DNA from: Bryobacteraceae bacterium
GTDB lineage: Bacteria > Acidobacteriota > Terriglobia > Bryobacterales > Bryobacteraceae
Direction: 5' to 3'
DNA length: 64,000 nucleotides
Assembly (NCBI GenBank): GCA_049511335.1
Contig: JBEKYD010000001.1
Span: forward strand, 28,097-92,096
How positions within the stretch are numbered: the stretch's first letter is position 1; the number at the start of each line of letters is the position of its first letter. This document shows, piece by piece, positions 46,101 to 53,022 of the stretch. A program made the translations under genes and the position numbers. The notes beneath the pieces are model-generated. The model was not told the origin of the DNA. It saw only the letters and a list, made by a program, of their open reading frames with translations, and ran no database searches.

Positions 46101-46687
46101 GTAACGGTAGAGCCGTCGAGCGTCATGCCATAGGCGCCTCCGTGCCCGCCGCCTACCCGGTATTCACTGGTGCCCCCCTGTACGGTGACGTTGTTTACCT
46201 CCGCCGTGGTGGCCGACAGGTCGAACGGGCTGCGCACCGCCCCGTTCACCAGCACCGGCAGATCGTCCACCATCCGGTTCGATACCTCGGTAGCCACTCG
46301 GGCCGATTCGGACTGCAACAACTGTGCGTTGGCCACGACCTCGACGGTCTGCTGTGCGGTGCCTACCTCCAGCGTGGCGTCCACCAGCAAGGTCGAACCA
46401 GGCTGAACCTCAATGCCGTCTGCAATATATATCTTGAATCCGGTGCTCTCAACCCGCACCCGGTAGGTGCCCACCGGCAGCGACGGAACGGTGTAATCGC
46501 CCGCCGTGGTCGTGGTGGTTTTGTAGCTGGTATTGGTACTGACTTGTACCGCGGTGACTCGCGCGCCGGGCACAACGGCCCCGCTGGCATCTTTGACGGT
46601 GCCAGTAATGACGCCACGGTCGGTCTGCGCCAGAAGTGCGGCGGCGCAAAGCATAAGGACCGGAACGGCCCACAGTTTACCCTGCAT
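43133..46687 (-). CDS. TonB-dependent outer-membrane receptor with CarboxypepD_reg-like N-terminal domain
   Basis: 1184 aa. Signal MQGKLWAVPVLMLCAAALLAQ. N-domain GVITGTVKDASGAVVPGARVTAVQVSTNT...GDYTVPSLPVGTYRV. Barrel ending SLKFYW. Confidence 0.9.
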   Translation of the reverse strand: MQGKLWAVPVLMLCAAALLAQTDRGVITGTVKDASGAVVPGARVTAVQVSTNTSYKTTTTTAGDYTVPSLPVGTYRVRVESTGFKIYIADGIEVQPGSTLLVDATLEVGTAQQTVEVVANAQLLQSESARVATEVSNRMVDDLPVLVNGAVRSPFDLSATTAEVNNVTVQGGTSEYRVGGGHGGAYGMTLDGSTVTTAGQLDTNGVTWTAYNTPSVDALTEFSVTSGGFKAEVGHASGGTMSFVSKSGTNEFHGDAYEFLRNQDLDAKGYFGATKPVYKQNDFGVTAGGPVWIPKIYHGRDKTFWFFSYEGFRNRIGATPTPYSVPSQEMYSGNFQNFVNASGVPYTIYDPSTTSLVNGSYVRTPFPSNQIPQSRIDPITQSIVNYVQPLVKANVAATPGTSTYVRNNYISNGTTISPNNKYSIKIDQIVTSKQRLSFFFEHTLEHDLYGPTGAPGLPEPLAGNPGYNGSDVYRLSYDYTITPTLLNRFYAGGNNWSQNHGSFATWSGAGQTGGLTNTQATNWQSKGICIPNYPACGDDFPQVTFTNSEFTAWGVAAPNGSDNIVVEFHDDMTKSIGKHTLKWGYYYNTTHYDGFGEQNIAGNVTFQDLNTGIPLNTNQSVAGGSAFASFLLGQVSGYSLDTPRFLATQFRTNQMYFQDDWRVSQKLTLNLGLRYEINGAPLVANGDASDFAPGLPNPGAGGIPGALIFAGTGPGRTGNATLVPGWKGAGPRLGFAYAVDSKTTIRGAASRSFGPVTYVGSSSHNLGIVQRITVTDQSQGLTPLWVLQNGAPAWAQVPNINPSVGNGSNVPYYNGKAAVTPSDDLTYSFNIQRQVTANSVLEVGYLGMFAAHIQSNILAYNQINFNNLPAALNPFTASGRTLLNSQVGSAAANAAGIVAPWPGFNSLWGTGATVAQSLRPFPQYSTVDTINGQGDRIGHSTYNSLEVKYNKRYSSGLTIQASYVFSRLLTDADSQSSGEPENQYDRALEKSISAYDQTHVVKLNYLYELPFGKGRRYLSSKSAASAILGGWRFAGIDGYSSGTPIGLTTTVSFPIFNGGNRPTITTYQGWRGTYTGKFDPAKDNFFQPVSWFGTQPTTALGNATRYNPECRYFPNYNESLSLSRNFSIKESKRVEFRWETFNLLNRTQFGPLSGAASLQNANFGNWNSQANSPRRQQVSLKFYW

Positions 46688-46888
46688 GCATTACCTCCCA
46701 CTGGTAGGTCGAGATGCCCGTTTTGGCTGCGTGAGTTATAAAGTCGATTAGCCTATTTCTTAGCCGAGACCGTCCTCTTCCCTTCCCAGTCGCGGCAATT
46801 ATACACCTAATAGAATCTGTTTCGCCGATTATTTTTATACTCCTGGTTTCGAGATACTCCTACCAGTGGAGTTATACTGACATCTCAC

Positions 46889-49045
46889 GTGGGGAAGGCC
46901 AGCCATCGGCGGAGGTCGCGCCCAGCTTTACAATCGCCCGCCACACAAAGCTTCGTGGCTGGGGCAACCGGCCGGATGTGGCGGCACGGGTGGCGGTTGC
47001 TGGCGATTTGGTCCCTCGGACTGCTTGCCTATTCGAATTCTTTCCAGGCGGCCCTGGTGTTCGACAATGCCTCGGTGATTGGGCAGGATCCCCGTATTCG
47101 GGCGGCAATGCGCGAAAACATCTGGTCCATCCTGACCGAAAGGTATTGGTACGTTAACGCCAACGCCGGCCTTTATCGGCCGTTTACCACCTTCTCCTAT
47201 CTGCTGAATTACGCGGTACTTGATAACGGCCCACGCCCGGGGGGTTACCACGGTGTTAATTTTGTCGTGCACGAGGTTAACGTTGCCCTGGTGTATGCGT
47301 TGGGCATACTGGTTTTTGGAGGGACCGCGCCCGCTTTCGCTCTGGCCGCGATTTGGGGGTTGCATCCGGTCCTCACCGAGTCGGTCACCAATATCGTGGG
47401 ACGCGCCGACCTGCTCGCGGCCTTCGGCGTTTTAGCCGGCCTCTTGTGCCACGTGAGGGGCGCCTCCGCCGCCGGGCCGCGCAGGATGGCATGGCTGACT
47501 GGCCTGGTAGCCGCCCAAACCGTGGGGCTCTTTTCGAAGGAAAGCGCCGCCGTCTTGCCGGGCATGATGCTGTTGTACGACTTGACGTGGTTCGAGCGAG
47601 CCAAGTGGAGCCGCCGCGCCGTCGCCTATGCTGTTGTGGCGCTGCCCTTTGTCGCCTTTTTTTACTTGCGCGGCGGTTTGCATGCGCCCATGCGGATCGA
47701 CTTTACTGAGAATCCCCTGGTGAGCGCCGGTTTCTGGACCGCGCGGATCACGGCCATAAAAGTGATTGGCAAGTTCCTATGGCTGTTCTTCTGGCCGGCC
47801 CATTTGTCGCCGGATTATTCCTATAATGCGGTGCCGCTATTCGGCTGGCGGGCGTCGAACTGGGAGGACGTAAAGACGCTCATCGCGTTAGCCGTATGCC
47901 TGGGCGCCTTGATTCTTGCCGCGCTACTGGCCATCCGCTGGCGCCGCACGGGAAAGCCGCTGCTCTTCTTCCTGGTTTTCTTTTTCCTCGCCCTATTGCC
48001 TACCTCGAACCTGATCGTCCTCATCGGGAGCATCATGGCCGAGCGGTTTCTCTATCTTCCCTCGGTGGGCTTGGCCGGCTGCGTGGTGGCGGCCATCTAC
48101 ATGCTGGGTCAGCATCCCTCCCTGAAAGTCCCCGCGGCTCGGCGAGTTGCGTGGGCCGCGCTGGGGCTGGCGTGCTTGGCGTTAGCCGCGCGCACCTACG
48201 CCCGCAATTTTGACTGGCGGGATGGCCGCAGTCTCTGGACCAGTGCCGTGGAAGTGTGTCCGGGAAGCGCCAGGCCGCATTACAATCTGGCCAAGGAATT
48301 AGAGCGCATACCCGGCCGGCTGCCCGATGCGATTGCCGAATATCGGGCCGCGTTGAGAATCGACCCCAGCCATGCGGATGCGCACAACAATCTGGGAAAC
48401 GCGCTCTCGGGCATCCCCGGCCGGCTCCCGGAGGCGATTGCCGAATACCAGGCGGCACTACGGATTGACTCCGCTCGCGCGGAAGCGCATAACAACCTGG
48501 CGAACGCCCTCGCGCGCACGCCCGGCCGGCTGCCGCAGGCGATTGCCGAGTATGAAGCGGCCTTGCGCACTCAGCCCAATAACGCGGAAGAGCATTACAA
48601 CTTGGCAAACGCCCTGGCGCGCATCCCCAACCGGCTGCCGGAGGCTATTGCCGAATATCAAGCGGCCTTGCGGCTTCAACCCGATCACGCCGATGCGCAC
48701 AGCAATCTGGGGAACGCCCTATCGGGCATCCCTGGCCGCCAACAGGATGCGATTGCCGAATATCGGGCCGCCCTGCGGATTGACCCCAATCGCGCCGACA
48801 CGCACAACAATCTGGGAAACGCCCTATCGGGTATACCCGGCCGGCTGCCCGAAGCGATTGCCGAATACCGGGAAGCGCTTCGCATCGACCCCGATTTCGC
48901 GGACGCGCACAACAATCTGGGAAACGCGCTGGCGCGCATACCCGGCCGGCTACCGGAAGCGATTGCCGAGTTCGAAACCGCCCTGCGCCTCAGGCCCGAT
49001 CCCCAGTTGCGCCAAATGGTGGACCGCTTACGAGCCGGGCGTTAG
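46889..49045 (+). CDS. TMTC-like protein: N-terminal polytopic GT-C-type membrane domain fused to seven C-terminal TPR repeats
   Basis: About 11 TM helices over aa ~35-450 with a DUF1736-like loop (NVALVYALGILVFG...). These are followed by seven consecutive 34-aa repeats of HNNLGNALSGIPGRLPEAIAEYRAALRIDP. An alternative ATG start lies at 46976. Confidence 0.85.
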   Translation: MGKASHRRRSRPALQSPATQSFVAGATGRMWRHGWRLLAIWSLGLLAYSNSFQAALVFDNASVIGQDPRIRAAMRENIWSILTERYWYVNANAGLYRPFTTFSYLLNYAVLDNGPRPGGYHGVNFVVHEVNVALVYALGILVFGGTAPAFALAAIWGLHPVLTESVTNIVGRADLLAAFGVLAGLLCHVRGASAAGPRRMAWLTGLVAAQTVGLFSKESAAVLPGMMLLYDLTWFERAKWSRRAVAYAVVALPFVAFFYLRGGLHAPMRIDFTENPLVSAGFWTARITAIKVIGKFLWLFFWPAHLSPDYSYNAVPLFGWRASNWEDVKTLIALAVCLGALILAALLAIRWRRTGKPLLFFLVFFFLALLPTSNLIVLIGSIMAERFLYLPSVGLAGCVVAAIYMLGQHPSLKVPAARRVAWAALGLACLALAARTYARNFDWRDGRSLWTSAVEVCPGSARPHYNLAKELERIPGRLPDAIAEYRAALRIDPSHADAHNNLGNALSGIPGRLPEAIAEYQAALRIDSARAEAHNNLANALARTPGRLPQAIAEYEAALRTQPNNAEEHYNLANALARIPNRLPEAIAEYQAALRLQPDHADAHSNLGNALSGIPGRQQDAIAEYRAALRIDPNRADTHNNLGNALSGIPGRLPEAIAEYREALRIDPDFADAHNNLGNALARIPGRLPEAIAEFETALRLRPDPQLRQMVDRLRAGR
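48278..48992 (+). repeat. seven tandem 102-bp (34-codon) TPR-encoding repeats
   Basis: Period 102 bp. Units are roughly 80-90% identical by eye at the DNA level, including an invariant GCGATTGCCGAATA core. They are in-frame inside the TMTC-like CDS. Confidence 0.8.
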
Positions 49046-49154
49046 CGCCCCCGCGGCCTGGTTCACGAATCGCCCGTTCGCGTCCGTTGCTACCCTCCCG
49101 TGGAACTTCCCGATGCTATATTGCGTATCACGGGGCTGACAGCCCGAGAGGACC

Positions 49155-50087
49155 ATGCTGGAAGCGAAGGCGCTCAAAAAGGCGTTTGGCAGTGTCAAGG
49201 CCGTGGACGGTGTCAGCCTGCGCGCAGCCAGAGGCGAGACCGTCGGCCTGCTCGGCCCAAATGGCGCCGGCAAAACCACCACCGTTTCCATTGTCGCCGG
49301 CTTGCTCAGGCCGGATTCCGGCGAGGTGCTCATCGAAGGCCGGCCGCTCGGCGGCGATACCGACCCGCTCAAGCGCCAGATCGGCCTGGTGCCGCAGGAT
49401 GTCGCCCTCTACGACGAACTCTCGGCCATGCAGAATCTCGCGCTATTCGGCGCCCTCTACGGTCTCGGCGGTGCGCGGCTGAAGCGCGCCACCGCCGAAG
49501 CGCTGGACCTCGCCGGCCTCGCCGACCGCGCCAAAGACAAAGTCGCCATCTTCAGCGGCGGCATGAAACGACGGCTGAACATCGTCGCGGCCATGCTGCA
49601 CGATCCGGCGATTATCCTGCTCGACGAGCCCACCGTGGGCGTCGACCCGCAGAGCCGCAACGCCATCTTCGAAAATCTGGAGATCTTCAAGAAGCGCGGC
49701 AAAACGTTGATCTATACCACCCACTACATGGAAGAGGCCGAGCGCGTCTGCGACCGGCTCATTATTATCGATCACGGCAAGGTAGTCGCCGACGACACGC
49801 TACGCGGTTTGTATCGCCTGGTGCCGGCGACGAACCTGCTAAATGTTGAGCTGGATAGAGACATCGATGGCGCGGCGCTGGAAGATCTCCGGCATCTCCC
49901 GGAAGTGAAATCTGCCAAAATGGGCGGCGGTGTGCTCAAAGTCGGAGTACCCGATCTGTCGGCCGGCGCGCCGCGCATCCTCGCCTGGCTGGCGGAGGGC
50001 GGCCATTCCTTTCACCATATTTCTAGCGAGAGGGCGGACCTCGAAACCGTATTTCTCACGCTCACCGGCAGAAAGCTGCGAGACTGA
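49155..50087 (+). CDS. ABC transporter ATP-binding protein (ABC-2/DrrA-like exporter subunit)
   Basis: Walker A GPNGAGKTT, signature FSGGMKRRL, Walker B IILLDEPTVGVD, H-loop TTHYMEEA. Confidence 0.9.
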   Translation: MLEAKALKKAFGSVKAVDGVSLRAARGETVGLLGPNGAGKTTTVSIVAGLLRPDSGEVLIEGRPLGGDTDPLKRQIGLVPQDVALYDELSAMQNLALFGALYGLGGARLKRATAEALDLAGLADRAKDKVAIFSGGMKRRLNIVAAMLHDPAIILLDEPTVGVDPQSRNAIFENLEIFKKRGKTLIYTTHYMEEAERVCDRLIIIDHGKVVADDTLRGLYRLVPATNLLNVELDRDIDGAALEDLRHLPEVKSAKMGGGVLKVGVPDLSAGAPRILAWLAEGGHSFHHISSERADLETVFLTLTGRKLRD

Positions 50088-51373
50088 TGTTCACCACCTG
50101 GAAAGCTCTAATCCGCAAAGACCTGCGCCTGTTTTTCAGCAACCGCCGCGCATTGCTCATGAGTGTGGCTGCCCCCATCGCCATCGCGTCGTTTTTCGGT
50201 TATGCCCTCGGTGGCAGCGGCAATGCGGAGCACAGCAAGATCCCGGTGCTGGTGGCGGACCAGGACAATAGCGCCATTTCCAAGGAAATCGTGGCGATGC
50301 TGGCTGCCAGCAAGGAACTGGACGTAAAGCCATCCACCCTCGACGCCGCGCGCGCGGCGGTGCGCAAGGGCAAGGCCATTGTCGCCATCGGCATTCCCGA
50401 GGGTTTCGGCGCCGATGCGAGCAAGGCCTTTTTCGGCGGCGCCAAACCGAAAATGGAGGTGCTCTACGATCCCTCGCATTCGGCCGAGCAAGCCATGGTG
50501 GCAGGCATCCTGACCGGCGAAGTGATGCAGGCGGTGAGCAAAGAAACCTTCAGCGGACCCACCGGCAGGAAGATGGTGGACGATTCGCTGAAACGGCTCG
50601 AGGGGGACAGTTCGCTGCCGCCCGCCCAGAAACAGGCGCTGATCGGCCTGTTGCGCAGCGTGCGAAGCTGGAACGACCAGAACCCCGGCGATTCCGGGCA
50701 GAATTCCACTGGCGGGTTGACGATGCCTTATGAGATGCACGCGAAGGCCATCACTTCCGGCTCGGGCGTGCGCTACAACGGTTACGCGCACGCGTTCGGC
50801 GGCATGGGCATTCAGTTTATCCTGTTCGTGGGAATCGATATCGGCATCGGCGTCCTGCTGCTGCGGCAGCGCGGCTTGTGGAAGCGTTATCGCGCCGCGC
50901 CTCTCTCTCGCGCCACGCTGCTCGGCAGCCGAGCCACCAGCGCCGCCATCACGTCGATGTTCGTGCTGATGGTGCTCTTCGGCTTTGCCCGCCTGGTGTT
51001 CGGCGTGCGCATTGAAGGCAGTATGGCGGGGTTCTTGTGCATCTGCGCCGCATTTTCGCTCATGACCGCTGCCTTCGGTTTGCTGATCGCCGCGCTGGGT
51101 AAAACGCCGGAAGCCACCCGGGGACTGGCCATCTTCGTAACCCTGATCATGGTGATGCTGGGCGGCGCCTGGGTGCCTGCCTTCATCTTTCCGCAATGGC
51201 TGCAAAGCGCCACGCTCCTCGTGCCTACCCGCTGGGCCATGGATGGCCTGGACGCGATGACCTGGCGCGGCCTCGGATTTTCCGCCGCCATCGGGCCGAT
51301 CGCCGTCCTAACATTCTGCGCCCTGCTCTTCGGCGTGATCGCAGTGGCACGGTTTCGCTGGGAAGAATCGTAG
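50087..51373 (+). CDS. ABC-2 type transporter permease
   Basis: The ATG overlaps the ATPase stop (TGATG). One N-terminal TM, a large extracytoplasmic loop and then five C-terminal TM helices, which is typical of ABC-2 permeases. Confidence 0.85.
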   Translation: MFTTWKALIRKDLRLFFSNRRALLMSVAAPIAIASFFGYALGGSGNAEHSKIPVLVADQDNSAISKEIVAMLAASKELDVKPSTLDAARAAVRKGKAIVAIGIPEGFGADASKAFFGGAKPKMEVLYDPSHSAEQAMVAGILTGEVMQAVSKETFSGPTGRKMVDDSLKRLEGDSSLPPAQKQALIGLLRSVRSWNDQNPGDSGQNSTGGLTMPYEMHAKAITSGSGVRYNGYAHAFGGMGIQFILFVGIDIGIGVLLLRQRGLWKRYRAAPLSRATLLGSRATSAAITSMFVLMVLFGFARLVFGVRIEGSMAGFLCICAAFSLMTAAFGLLIAALGKTPEATRGLAIFVTLIMVMLGGAWVPAFIFPQWLQSATLLVPTRWAMDGLDAMTWRGLGFSAAIGPIAVLTFCALLFGVIAVARFRWEES

Positions 51374-51395
51374 TGGGGCGGACCTCCTGGTCTGC

Positions 51396-51498
51396 AATAG
51401 GCGCTAAAATATGCCGTCCCGACCGCAAGATCTTGGAAACGCGATTTCTGCCGTCCACAACATACGGTGGTGTGCGGCGGCTTATTTTAACGCCTATT
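51396..51498. mobile_element. MITE-like 103-bp element with 15-bp terminal inverted repeats and 11-bp target-site duplication
   Basis: The TIRs AATAGGCGCTAAAAT (51396-51410) and ATTTTAACGCCTATT (51484-51498) match at 14 of 15 positions. They are flanked by the perfect direct repeat TCCTGGTCTGC at 51385-51395 and 51499-51509. There is no coding capacity. Confidence 0.5.
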
Positions 51499-51509
51499 TC
51501 CTGGTCTGC

Positions 51510-51534
51510 GGCCGACCCCCCGGTCGGCCTTTTT
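51510..51534 (+). terminator. rho-independent terminator of the ABC-2 operon
   Basis: Stem GGCCGACC (51510-51517) / GGTCGGCC (51522-51529), CCCC loop, followed by TTTTT (51530-51534). Confidence 0.65.
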
Positions 51535-51580
51535 CGCGCCGTTAGAAACCCCGGTATCCTGTAACGTAGGTATCCGCGCC

Positions 51581-52819
51581 GTGAAAACTTTCTTCCATGT
51601 CGACATGGACGCCTTCTTCGTGTCGGTGGAAGAGCTGTTCGATCCCACCCTCAAAGGCAAACCCGTAGTAGTCGGCGGTCCGCGGAATGCGCGCGGGGTG
51701 GTATCGGCGGCGTCTTACGCGGCGCGGAAATTCGGCGTGCATTCGGCCATGCCGCTGCGCACCGCGGCCAAACTCTGCCCGCAGGCCATCTTCGTGGAAG
51801 GACACCCGGAGAGGTATCGCGACTATTCCGAGCGTGTGTACGACGTGCTGCATTCGTTTTCGCCGCTGGTGGAAATGGCCTCCATCGATGAAGCCTATCT
51901 GGATATGACCGGCACCGCGCGCTTGCACGGCCCGCCTCTCCAAGCCGCTCACCGGCTGCACGCCCGCATGAAGGCCGCTACGCAATTGAACTGCTCGATC
52001 GGCATCGCGGCTTCCCGGCTGGTGGCTAAAATCTCTTCCGATCAAGCCAAGCCCAACGGCATCTTATGGGTGCTTCCGGCCGCCGAAGCCGCATTTCTCG
52101 CGCCGCTCGATGTCCGCAAGATTCCCGGCGTAGGCAAAGTCACCGAGCAGCGTCTTCAATCGCTCGGCATCCGCAAGGTGGGCGATCTGGCTCGCCTGGA
52201 GGAAGACTTCCTCGAGCGACGCTTCGGCAAATGGGGCCTGGCGCTGGCGGGCAAGTCGCGTGGCCTCGATGCCGGCGGCTGGTTCGATACCGAGATCGGC
52301 GAAGACGCGGGTCCGAAATCCATCAGCCACGAGCACACCTTTTCCGAAGACACCGCCGACGTCTCGAAGATGGAAGCAACCCTCGCTCGCCTGTGCGAGA
52401 AAGTGGGCCGGCGCCTGCGCGAGCAGGGCTTACACGCGCGCACCGTGCAGCTCAAGCTGCGCTACCGGGATTTCACCACCATCACGCGCGCGCAGACGCT
52501 CGGCCGCGCCACCGATCTCGATACCGAGCTCTTCGAAGAAGCGCGCCAGCTTTTCCGGCGCAACTGGAAAGCCGGCGCCGAGGTTCGCCTGCTGGGCGTA
52601 CACGCATCCGGCTGGAGCGATGAAGCCGCGCAAATGGACCTGATGGACGACGGCCGTCACGAGCGCTGGCAGCAGGCCCTGGCCGCCGCCGATAAACTGC
52701 GCGACCGTTACGGCGAAAGCGCCGTCTCCCTAGCCGCCAGCCTCCGCGGCCAATTCCGCGAACGCACCCACGAAAACCCCGCCGGTTTGCCCGGCAAAGC
52801 CGGAAATAAGAAGACCTGA
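51581..52819 (+). CDS. dinB: DNA polymerase IV (Y-family translesion polymerase)
   Basis: GTG start. Catalytic motifs FHVDMDAFFVSVEE and SIDEAYLDMTG, HhH region IRKIPGVGKVTEQRL, and a little-finger domain. Confidence 0.9.
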   Translation: MKTFFHVDMDAFFVSVEELFDPTLKGKPVVVGGPRNARGVVSAASYAARKFGVHSAMPLRTAAKLCPQAIFVEGHPERYRDYSERVYDVLHSFSPLVEMASIDEAYLDMTGTARLHGPPLQAAHRLHARMKAATQLNCSIGIAASRLVAKISSDQAKPNGILWVLPAAEAAFLAPLDVRKIPGVGKVTEQRLQSLGIRKVGDLARLEEDFLERRFGKWGLALAGKSRGLDAGGWFDTEIGEDAGPKSISHEHTFSEDTADVSKMEATLARLCEKVGRRLREQGLHARTVQLKLRYRDFTTITRAQTLGRATDLDTELFEEARQLFRRNWKAGAEVRLLGVHASGWSDEAAQMDLMDDGRHERWQQALAAADKLRDRYGESAVSLAASLRGQFRERTHENPAGLPGKAGNKKT

Positions 52820-53022
52820 GCAATCCCGCAGGAGGCGCCTGAAATCGGCCGCAACCTCTTATGGCAATCGCTGATAGTCCAATGTGTCTCTTGCTTCGCG
52901 ATTCAGCCGGTTGGCGTTTCGGTCGATAATCTCGGAATCCGTCCGGTCGCGGGCATGTCTCTCCAATGGTATCGGAAGTCGCTCGTCCGCGGACTTCGGC
53001 CGGCGATGGCTTCTTCCCAGCC

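Noticed and set aside
48278-48992. Regular 102-bp periodic repeats, considered as a possible CRISPR-like array.
   Set aside because: The units are contiguous with no unique spacers. They are in-frame inside a long CDS and translate to canonical 34-aa TPR motifs.
51535-51580. Search for a LexA/SOS box upstream of dinB. Only a direct repeat GGTATCC-N9-GGTATCC (51553-51575) is present.
   Set aside because: I saw no CTGT-N8-ACAG, GAAC-N7-GTTC or CGAAC...GTTCG-type dyad. The significance of the direct repeat cannot be judged from one locus.
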